A stretch of 64,000 nucleotides of DNA from Hormiphora californensis (lineage: Eukaryota; Animalia; Ctenophora): positions 3,224,001 through 3,288,000 of the forward strand of contig CM035362.1 of assembly GCA_020137815.1 (NCBI GenBank), read 5' to 3'. The notes under the pieces were generated by a model. That model did not search any database. It saw nothing but the letters and a program-made list of their open reading frames with translations, and was not told the DNA's origin. How positions within the stretch are numbered: position 1 is the stretch's first letter; every line of letters starts with the position of its first letter. Shown here piece after piece: positions 37,451-48,045 of the stretch. Both the position numbers and the translations under genes were made by a program.

Positions 37451-39308
37451 TTGGCTGATAGCCAGTCACGTGACCTAAATAACGAGTTATGATTGGTTGT
37501 TTGAAATTGTGTCGGTCGGTTCCTGGAAGGGTTTACCTCTACTGAAGTGGCAGCTGATCCCTCGAGATAATATATGAGTTCATTGAACTTCGGTATGATC
37601 ATCCAGCTAATTAGCATGCTAAAGAAGAATTATTTCAGAATTGTTGCCAGTAAACTACTTAAAGAGAGTTCACCTGAAAACAATATAAGAGTGCTCTGTA
37701 ACTGAATTAAGCTGTGATATTTTATTTCTTTTCAAACGTATAGCCATCGTGTATTTTTGACAAGCGAATTGGAAAAATTGGGTGGTATGACCATGGAGAA
37801 GGATTGAATCTACCCTGCAGAATACCAGGAACCGACCGAATCAGGAAATACTGACTTATTGGCTGATATCCAGTCACGTGACCTAAATAACGAGTTCTGA
37901 TTGGTTGTTTACTTGTTTCGGTCGGTTCCTGAGAAACAATGCAGATGATGGAGAAGAAGGAGAAGATCTATCTATCTAGATTCGATACCAGAATAAATTA
38001 TTAAAAACTAGGACCAACAGATAGATTTCACACGAGGTTTTTGGCGATCATTTTGTGTCTTTCAGAATCACCCGAGGGCCAACTATAGGTTGAATACTAA
38101 CTAAATTGGGAGAGAGAAGAAAATTGTCCACCGCTACCTGCTAGGCAACTGCTTCTTCATAAATATTGGGGAACGCTGACATCACCATCCGTTTTAGCCT
38201 ATCTCTCACTTTCTCCTACCCATGTGTTGCATGTACGCTCTGGGCTTCCTGACAATGCCAAGGTGCGAATTTATGAGATCAATGTCAGGGAGGTGCAGTG
38301 CTGTTCCAGAAACTCATCTCGTGAAAACTTGGCCGCTATGTAGCCAATTCGGAGATTTCTATATTCGATTGGAGTAATCACCCTTGGGCGACGGTGGGTA
38401 AAGCTATTAGTAGTCGTTGATTGGCGTAATCTGTCATATTCTCTAGCCTGCTCCCTGACAGCAGCAGTTCTCCTGGACATAGATAAATGTTGCCGAATAG
38501 CGCTTGGGGTGGAAGAGCTAGACATCAGGACAGAAGTAAAAGAATGTACGTGCAGAATTGAATTTCCCCTTGGTTATACCCAACTGCAACCGGGAGAGAG
38601 GTCTCCAGATCCCTCTAATAATTGCACATGCAAGTGTAGTTGCTAGGTGACATAGGTGTCACAAAATTTGCTTAGTAAGTAGTATGATATTCTATTCTAT
38701 TATTATAATATGTTTCTTTAAGAAAATCTCTCTTAGTTTCTCTCTCTCCCTCACCCTCATCTCTAGCACCATTATACTAACGACATTAAGTAACACAATG
38801 GTTTGCTGGACAGCAATAACATACAAGTTTGTGGCATGCAGCGGGTCGTACATGTATTGCCATATAATAATTCTTAGTCTAAGCGTTAGTCTAAGCATTA
38901 TTACAATGACAATACCTAGTCGGATGCGCTAGTTCTCAATATTCATAAAAATTGAGCACCATGTTCCTCCCGAGCTGAGAGGGAGTTTGACAAAAGCCGA
39001 GAGAATTGTTTTCGAGTGCAGGGCAATCTCACCGTGGGGTTATGGACCTCAAATATGCAAGCCACAAGGATGTAGATCAGTCGAAACTACATCGAACCCT
39101 CCCAATTGTTCCAGTTTTTGATACATTTGTTTGGAGCCTCGACACGACCTCTAAACGTGTGCTAATTAATATAATTTGTCTCTGTATTCCATTTGATCAT
39201 TGTTCCTCCAAAACCAGATTTTTTGTTATTTACTCTAGCGGCAAAATATCCTGCTTTTATACTTTTTATAAGACAACTTTTCAGTCAGTGAAAAGTTTTC
39301 ACCCGCTG

Positions 39309-39423
39309 ATGTCTATACACGGCTGTGTGTGTGGTTGCTATAGGAACGGCTGGTATCCTAGCAACGTGTACTCCCTGTACTACAACTTCAGAAGAAAAGG
39401 GGGTCCCAAGCAACTCTACATAG
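39309..39423 (+). pseudogene. 7TM GPCR copy 6, truncated 5' fragment
   Basis: MSIHG..NVYSLYYNFRRKG..QLYI, then homology stops abruptly after caactctacatag. Confidence 0.8.
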
Positions 39424-40563
39424 ATGTATCTTTTTCCAGGTGCAACTGAAAATCCAAACTCTTTGCTTATCACCTGTCAGATTTAATATAAAACGTACGT
39501 AACCAAGTTCGTGCATCAGATAGTATGACAATACCAATATAGGCTCACATTTAGCTTGTAATTTGCTGTGACATAGATTGAGCTCACACACATGTGTGCG
39601 GGGTTGCGCCAGGTGTGTATGTCATCAAATATGACAAGCTAAATGTGAGCTCAATCTAATTTACAAATTAGAACTATATAATGTAAAAGGAGGATCTCTT
39701 GTGCCTCGACATCATATTATATGGTAATCCTGCAATTACTACACACCGTCTCATTGGTTTGCCGAAGAATCACTTTAAACCCGGATGACTGCTGGGTATC
39801 AAGATATTTGGAAACCTCAGCATCCAGGGTAACAATCAAACCGCCAGTTGGACCACTTACCTGGGAGAAGAAAATGTATTTAATAGTTTAGTTATTGGTC
39901 AACTAGCCGCAGTTTGCTAACTTGATATTAGAAGCCAGATCAAAATTTAATTCCAACTAAAACTACCTATTACCTAATAATTGTTTGTAAAATTTAAATT
40001 AACTCACTCGTTGCACAAGTAGTTCATTGTCATTCAATTCCAAACAACTTCCCATTTCAGTCACTTCAACAGTACCCATGTTCGCAAACTCAAAACTCTT
40101 TTTCGCAAACTCTATATCACCCACTATCTCACTCTCAATATCCATTCCGTAATTTTGAAACAGTTCCGCAGCGGTAATGGCGACTTCTAAGGCATTGGCC
40201 CCTAAAATCATCTCTCCTCCATCAGTATTATCCCTGCTACTATACGACTCCAGTATCTCCGTGAAGATTTCAGCATACGTTATGTTTTTCCCTCCCACCG
40301 ACACGGATGATTGTTCCATCTTGGTCCGATCGAGAACGTTTAAATTACAGATGGTGATGGCTGGTATCTGGTATTCACTGCCCAGGATTTGTATAGTATA
40401 AGTTATAGGAATCGTATGCGAGGTAGTTGATAATTAACTGATACACCAGCTGACCACACACTCCCGTCATGAGAAGGAGGATAATCACCCAGTAACCCTT
40501 CCAGATCTTAGATCGGTGATTCTGGAGCTCAGTTTTGTAGCGGTTCTCGATCTCAAACTCCAT
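39411..40563 (-). CDS. DEG/ENaC channel exons 1-3 (TM1, palm, beta-ball); exon 3 truncated
   Basis: Exon 40563-40008 has TM1 YWVIILLLMTGVCGQLVYQLIINYLAY, then IPAITICNLN after a 1-nt frameshift near 40395, and TEMGSCLELN. Exon 39860-39747 encodes GPTGGLIVTLD..YL....SSGFKVIL. Exon 39473-about 39411 encodes FGFSVAPG..IYVEL. Confidence 0.88.
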
Positions 40564-40725
40564 TCTGGTACAATCTTCTCTTGTGGATGAAACCGAAAGG
40601 AAAACGATATACGTTATCGAAACAACCTCAATTTACAGTACGTACTACACTTACATTGTGGTGGGATCACGCTACTTACACTGGAGTGCTGGCTAGATCG
40701 CAACATTTCCAGTTAGTTTATGGTA

Positions 40726-40880
40726 CAGTCGGACCCCGATTTAGTGGCACCCCGATTTAGGGACAGGATTTTTCCCCCGATATAGGAAATTAACCTTATT
40801 TGACCCCGATTTAGTGGACACCCCGATTTAGTGGACAAGAGCCTTTCCCCCGAGGGTGTCCCTAAATCGGGGTCCGACTG
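40726..40880. mobile_element. pogo/Tigger-like MITE family B
   Basis: ta|cagtcggaccccgatttag ... ctaaatcggggtccgactg|ta. Confidence 0.9.
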
Positions 40881-41228
40881 TATATGCTAAATGCATTCCA
40901 GCGTGGGATTCCATTTGATGTGATTTGCTTCTAAGAAGAAAAACACGGTAGTTATTGGGGCTGTGGCATTGCCACCACAAAATATTCTTGAAAATACTCC
41001 AAAAACACAAATTTCGCTAGATGAAAAGATCGGGCGTCCACAAATTGTAAACACATCGATTTACTCATTTATAAAATTCTATCACATCTATTTGTACTAC
41101 CCATTTTCCAATTATTTAATACCAAAAAGATAATTTACGGCTCTAAATACTTTGTGATATACCTCACCGCTCAACAATATTAATCAATCATTCAAGAATG
41201 TTTTCGCATTTCACAGAATACTTTTTAA

Positions 41229-42108
41229 CCCTTTGAGACCGATAGGGTCACCAGTGACCCCACGCTAATTATGCATCTAGCGTCTGTCCGAACTAAATCT
41301 AAGAAGTTTAAATGGTTTTCCGGGTTAGAATAGACACTTTTTGGCTGTTTTTGGGGTCATTTTAAGCTTTGAACATCTTAGTTTACTAGAAATGCCAACT
41401 CTAAGCCATAAAAGTTGAAATTTTGGTGTAAAGTTGGCCATATCTCTAAAACGGTATAAGTAAGCCAATAATGGACCTACAAATCAAAAGAAAACCATGG
41501 GTTTTACCCCGGTATGAAGTTTCGTGATGATTTGATCAAATTTACAACGCTCAGAGGGCAAATAATGCCGGGGTCACCAGTGACCCTATCGTCCCCTAAC
41601 GCTAATATAGAAATTTGGATTTTACGTGCATTTCTAAAGGATTGGCCACCGATAAAGGTCTAAAACGGCATTTTTCAAACGGGTGCCAGCGACTAACCGA
41701 CTCCATCAGTGTTATCTATACATCTTAGAGAGTCGCTGAAAATTTTTTTGAGATTCGTGCTCCTTCATAAAAATTTTCATCTCGGCCAATTTGAAATTCT
41801 AAAATCGGCTACAGATGAGATACAGAGGTCCATAGGGTGTGTAAAATGTGCAAAATGGCCGGGTTTATATAAGTGTTATGAAGAAACATAGGGTCTAAGA
41901 TAAGCGGTTTTCGAGTTATGAGGCAAAATAGCTACGAAATCTCAATTGTTTGCATTCCATTTGAGACCGATAGGGTCACTGGTGACCCCACAGAAACAAA
42001 GTTCGTAGAGACGAGTTTTTTGGTTCTGCTTTCAAGTAGGCTTGTTAGGAGTGTCTCCAGCAATTTTCAGATATTTCTGTCGATGGCGCCACTATCGGTC
42101 CCAAAGGG
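41229..42108. mobile_element. piggyBac-like non-autonomous element
   Basis: ttaa|ccctttgagaccgatag ... ctatcggtcccaaaggg. Internal repeats of gatagggtcacYRgtgacccc at 41242, 41570 (inverted) and 41969. The right TTAA is not preserved. Confidence 0.6.
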
Positions 42109-42678
42109 GTGTTTATATATACGATTAAACAATGTCCGACTCTCAGAAATGAGTTTATTTGTGTGGAATCTCTGCAGGTTCTCTATATTCCGGGGTATTT
42201 TGTGTCCGTTGCTGCTGTCTTTGTTCACCAACGAAGTCAATAGTATCACATCGGCCTGAAAAATACGATGTTAATAAAATGCATCATAAATAGAGCTTAA
42301 AGTCATGAAGATTGAAGAATGTGCCTTCTGGGAGAAAAATTAAAATCATTTGCAAACTAAAACAGTTGAAGTAGGCAAATGACTCTAATTTTATTTAATA
42401 AATTTAGCAAAACTTTACTTAGCTTTAAATAGATTTGTTATTCATCACATTGCGGCTGGGATATTGTTTGCCTCAGAACACCAGTTTTAACCAGATCTTG
42501 CCAGAACCGCGAAATAAATGATTACTCTCCTTCGGGTATAATACAACTATATGGCCTAGGGGGTATGGGTTTCAATGGGAAAATCGAGTTACGTCAGGAC
42601 TCCGGAAATGACCATGTTTCTTACTTAGATACTTGAATATATACTTACCAGTGTTCCTTCTTTCTGCTCGGCCAAGTT

Positions 42679-43879
42679 TTAATAACATACTGTTAACATA
42701 GCCTTAGCAATATGAATATCAAAGTGCCAACAATTACAGCAAAAGTAGCACTGAACAAACAAACAAACAAACACTGTCAGTTCGTCTGTGTTGTTAGCTA
42801 TCAAACAAAAGCATCCTGCAATACTTTTATTTAACATTGCTTGTCGTTTGTCGCTTGTCGTTCTAGGGTCCCAGCTAGGGGAGTACACTAAAGACTTACT
42901 AAAGCACAGGGGCTTCTTACTCCACTCTCCATGGTTTTGACACGTCACTACGTTATCTCCAAACATGAGGTATTCTAGCTTGCATGTGATGGTGATTGCT
43001 GCGCTGCGATTCTGGGCCGTCCAGTTTCCTTGTGTGGATCCTTCAACAGTGAAGGCAGGACACTCTGATGGTGAGGAAGATGTAAGTACAAAGAAATATT
43101 GTTTCAGTCAATGTCCATTAACTTTCAATGAAACGCCTTTTCCCGACCAACCTCACCAGCTTAATCCTAGTAAAGTCTATAATTTCTACCTACGCGACCG
43201 ATTTTTGCTCCGGCTGTTTAAATACCTGTTGGCGTCGTTCTATAGGAGTCAGATGCTCTGTCATTAGAGTGAAATTCGATCTGCGCTACTTTTCCGCTTA
43301 AATTTTTGACGCATTGATCTTTTGAACTATCTGCAAACAGATAGTTCAGCACCTCGACATTGTTACATTTGACGATGAGGGCAGTCTCTGTTTTAGTAAT
43401 CGTCCAGATCTTATCCACCTCAACCGGGGGCTGTACTGGCAGGTCTGCCCAGTCCTCGGTGCAGTAGCGCATATTATACTGCATTGGGGAGGTGAACCAA
43501 AAAATCAAATGAGTGATTTGTAAGCCGTCCTTGTCGTATAACCACATCCATATTTTTTCATTGCTATTTTCTGTTGCAGTTGAGTCCGTCTTTATCTGGA
43601 GAGGTTTTCCCTCCAGGTCCCATGGTATTTTGGTACCCTTCAGATGCTCACTTACAGTTGTCCAATCTGGAAAAATTGAATTCATATCAATTGGATCTCA
43701 TGGCTTCTTGATAATTAATTACATATTACAATTATAGTGGTCTTGATGGTAGGGAATAAGTTCTCGATTAAGAAATAACAATAATTCAAATCCAGAAAAA
43801 AATTCTACAACGAACCTGAACCAGTGACTGGTTGCAACAGGACAGCTGCCAAAAGGAAAAATACCAGAATCAAACGCAT
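42679..43879 (-). CDS. Secreted protein: signal peptide, unnamed about 145-aa beta-rich domain, Sushi/CCP (paralogue 1)
   Basis: Exons 43879-43816 (MRLILVFFLLAAVLLQPVTGS), 43666-43226 (IPWDLEGKPLQIKT...VQPPVEVDKIWTITKT) and 43064-42900 (CPAF...ITCK...G...VTCQNHGEWS..PLC). All introns are phase 1. The 3' end is uncertain. Confidence 0.8.
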
Positions 43880-45135
43880 TACTCCAAAATTTTATCCGTA
43901 TACATTCAACATAACTTAGCTGGGGAAAGAGGAATTTGCTCTCAAACATACGTATTCAGTTTTTTAAATCTATACGGCAAATCATTAGTACTCCGAGTTT
44001 ATAAAATGGTTTGACTTTTGAGGTATTATATGCAAAAAAGAGAAATGAGCTATGGGACTGTACGCTAAACAAAATCTTTGTCTGCCATGCCTACAGAGTT
44101 GAGGAGAGAAAACCAAACAACTCAGTGTCAAAGATCTCAGATCTTAGATCTGCACATATAATAAACAAACGTTTAAAGATAAAAGAAAAATAGAGGGGGC
44201 AATACTCGCCATAAGATCATCAGTAGATTCAGGCTCTTTGTAATGGCTTGCTTTATTACTTTATCTCCTGCTCAGATAAAACTTTTTGAAAAAGGGCAGA
44301 GGATTTGGGAATCTATCACACAGCAGAGGGGATAGTTGTGTGCTCTAGGAAAAATAGCGAGGGAGAGCAACAACACTTGAGACTGTTCTGATTTGAGAAA
44401 GATAGCAAACGTTGAACACAGCTTGTTGAAATGGTGAATGGGAATTTGGAATTTGCTCTCTCTTTAAAGGAGAGGGAAAAGGGCACACCCTTTTTCCCTC
44501 TCTAAGAGGCAGAGCAAGAAAGCGAGAGATTTCTCGCCATAATGGCTACACACAATGCCTGTCTGACGTCTGTCTATTTTTTATAGCTGTACTGGTTTTT
44601 TTCTTCAACGCCCATCTCTAGAGGTAAAGACATTGAAAAAAAAGAACTATTCTCGGAGAACTCTCTCTTCCCCCCCTCTCTCTCTCTCTCTTCCTCTCTT
44701 TCCCTATTTCTCTATTTCTCTCTCCACGGACAGCACAGCTTAGTGAATGGGTATTTGCTCCACTTCTCTCTCTAAACTCAAGAAAGGAAAAAGGGCGAGG
44801 CAGAGCAAGAGTGATTTCTCGCCATAATGGCTACACAAAATCCTGTCTGTCCACTACGAAGCAATGCCCATCCCTTTCCATCGAGGGAGGGGCATTAAAA
44901 AGAACTATTTCGGAATGAAACTAATCTCTCTGCTCTTTCCACATAGAAAATAAACAGATCAGAGAACTCGGAGCTAATATGTCCAGAAGCAAAGGGCGGG
45001 GAGGGGGAACTCAAGCCATATCAGTACCATGTTTGACATGAGCGATAATGAATAATGACTTGAATGGAGAGACATTATTCAAAATTAGCTTGATGGCTAT
45101 ACAGTGCTCAATCTTTGCAGAGAGCTATTATATTA

Positions 45136-45239
45136 ACACGAAAACCAAAGAAAACGAATTTTCTGTGTTACGAACGTTTCATGGAACGTTTCATGAAACG
45201 TTCGTAACACAGAAAATTCGTTTTCTTTGGTTTTCGTGT
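45136..45239. repeat. About 104-bp near-perfect palindrome (probable collapsed MITE)
   Basis: acacgaaaaccaaagaaaacgaattttctgtgttacgaacgtttcatg followed by its reverse complement around a short centre. Confidence 0.85.
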
Positions 45240-45256
45240 AAATGGAGAGACATGTA

Positions 45257-46088
45257 CAGTCGGACCCCGATTTAGTGGCACCCCGATTTAGTGGCAGGAT
45301 TTTTTTCCCCCACAAATTTTTTTGAATTTTTTTTTGTGAAATTTTTATGAAAATTTTTGAAAATTTTTGAAAGGAATACCAGCCACGTCCGAATCGTGTT
45401 TCGAATCAGTGAATCTTATCGCATGTCCTGCTGCTAATTAGACGGTTCGGAACGAACCGATACGTGATCCCCATGGGGCCATTGAATCATAAGTTCACCA
45501 AGCGTCAAAATTTCGATTCGATGGGGATCACGTTTCGATTCGTTCCGAACCGTCTAATTAGCAGTAGGACATGCGATAAGATGCACCGATTCGAAACACG
45601 ATTCGGACGTGGCTGGTATACCTTTAAAAAAAATTTTTTTGCAAAATTTTACAGTACGATTGTCAATGCTTTGATCGGTGCTCCCCATAAATTTTGAGAG
45701 AACAAGTTATTTTGAAATTTTGATACTTCCTCACCCGCTTAGCTAGGGTGCCCGGATTCGGCATGGTATCACGTATCGGTTCGTTTCGAACCCGCTAATT
45801 AGACAGGACATCCAGGAAGCTGCACCAATTCGAAACACAAATCGAACGGGCTGGTATAACTTAGAAATTTTTTCACACATTTAAAAAAAAGTTGTTTTAT
45901 ATTTTTCTATTTCTAATCAGAAATGATCATGTCATCAATACATGAATATTAGAGGTGTCTTAGTATAGCATTTTGGGCATAAAATAGGTTTATATGGGCC
46001 AAATATGGCTCACCCCGATTTAGTGGCACCCCGATTTAGTGGCAGGATTTTTTCCCCCCGAGGATGCCACTAAATCGGGGTCCGACTG
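45257..46088. mobile_element. Long member of MITE family B with internal inverted and direct repeats
   Basis: ta|cagtcggaccccgatttagtggc ... gccactaaatcggggtccgactg|ta. An internal unit of about 100 bp at 45376-45474 is inverted at 45521-45620, with a third copy at 45765-45858. Confidence 0.85.
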
Positions 46089-46091
46089 TAC

Positions 46092-47323
46092 TTAGGTTTT
46101 AATGGATTTGCTGTTTATCACATTTCGGGGGAAATCGTTGGTCGCCTGCCTCAGAACACCTGATTGGCCGTGAACAAACAAACAAACAAAAACAAACAAA
46201 AACAAACAAAAACAAACAAACAGTCTGTATATTGTCAGTTCGTCTGTGTCATGTGAGCTATCAAACAAAAGTACCCTGATACTTTTATTTAACATCGCTT
46301 GTCGTTTGTCGTTCTAAGGTCCCCACCCACAATACTAAAAACTTACCAAGTCGAATACACTTAGCCTTCAGCTCACTCCACTCTCCACTACGTTGACACG
46401 TCATCATACCGTTATCACCAATTAAAACATAGTTGTGCTTGCAAGTGATGGTAATTTCAATTCCGAGATTCTGGGCCTCCCAGTTTTCTTGTGTGGATCC
46501 TTCAACCGTGAAACCAGGACACTCTGGTGGTAAGAAAGATGTAAGTAAATCTAAACTGATCATCTAATGGGTAGGCAATTTTAATTTTGAACCCCTTCCC
46601 TGGTCCACCCTACAATATCGACGATTATACAATATACGGTACTAATTTCAGTAAACTATATCGGATCAGTCGATTTCAATCAACTTACCCTACGGGGTTT
46701 GTGCTTCAGGTGTTTTAATTGTACCTGTTGGCATTGTTTTGTAGAAGTCAGATGCTGAGTCATCACTGGTAAACTGGATATACTCCACTACATTACCACC
46801 CAGCTTTGAATCACATTCGCTTTTTGGACTATCTACAAACATGTAGTTCAGCACCTCAACATCATTACATGTGATGATGAGGGCGGTCTCTGTTTTGGTA
46901 ATCGTCCAAATCTTCTCCACCTCAACCGGGGGCTGTACTGTTAGGTCTGTCCAGTCCTCGACGCAGTTGCCTATTTTATACTTCATTGTTCTGGTGAAAA
47001 ACTTGACAGCAACATAAGTGATATAGCTGCTGTCCTTGTTGTACATCTTCATCCAAATTTGCTCATTACTGCCCAGTGTAGAGTTCGTCTTTATCTGGAG
47101 AGGTATTTCCTCCAGGTCCCATGGTATCGTGGCATCATGCTCAACAGGTGTCCAATCTGAAAAAAAAATTAGTTTAGTGAATTCATGATTAAGAACGAAC
47201 ATCAGGTTATTCCAATCAACAACTATAATATAAAAGTGTTATACAAAGTTTTAACTAACCTGAACCAGTTGCTGGTTGCAACAAGACAGCTGCCCAAAGG
47301 AAAAAACCCAGAATTAAACGCAT
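46092..47323 (-). CDS. Secreted protein: signal peptide, unnamed beta-rich domain, Sushi/CCP (paralogue 2)
   Basis: Exons 47323-47260 (MRLILGFFLWAAVLLQPATGS), 47156-46725, 46523-46347 (CCP) and 46159-46092. Same exon phases as paralogue 1. Confidence 0.85.
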
Positions 47324-48045
47324 TATTACATGATTCTATCCACTATCTGACATTCAGAACATGCAACACATCTTAGCTAGAGGAAAAATAGTGATTTGCT
47401 CTGAGCTCTCTCTCTCTCTCTCTTTAGAAGTTTTCTCACCTCGCCCCATGGCAAATCATCTGTACCCCGTATTTTATAAAACGGTTTGAGAATATGTATA
47501 TGCAAAGAAGAGAAATGAGCTGTCTGCTATTAAAACGATAGAGGGAGAGCTCAGAGCAGTAAAACGAGGGACACCAAGTCATATTCTTTGCCTGACATAA
47601 AGCATGATGACCTGACGAAGCCGCAGACCCCGTTTTGAATTCCCTTTACGCTCAGCTAATGCCGGGTCTGCGGTGCCAGAAGGCGAATGATCAGAAACTT
47701 AACACTAGAGACCAGACCATTTACTTTTATTGTTCGCGAGACAGTATGAAAAAATCGATCATTTGCCTGACGTTTATAAAACTAGCTAGAAGTCTTTCAG
47801 TAGTTTCCAAAAGATTCGAAAATTAAAACGTGACCTTAATTAATAGTAAAAGCCAGAAACACAAATGGATAATCGCAGTGAGAATGTCAAGCGATGTCTG
47901 GTTGCAGACCAATCTGATTTTGAGACAAGAGAGTCATGGCTGTCACATGCCCGAGTTACTCGTTGAAGTTGTACAATGTTGTTTTGTTCAAACCCCTTTT
48001 TATTTCTCTCCCGGGGCACGGGGAGAGAGGGCCGAACAAGGTAAC

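Larger units (their letters stand above)
34625..39423 (+). repeat. About 4.8-kb near-identical duplicate of 12435-17265
   Basis: Same order of MITEs, hAT element, GPCR copy 1 and spacer. Differences are mostly single-base indels. Confidence 0.9.
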
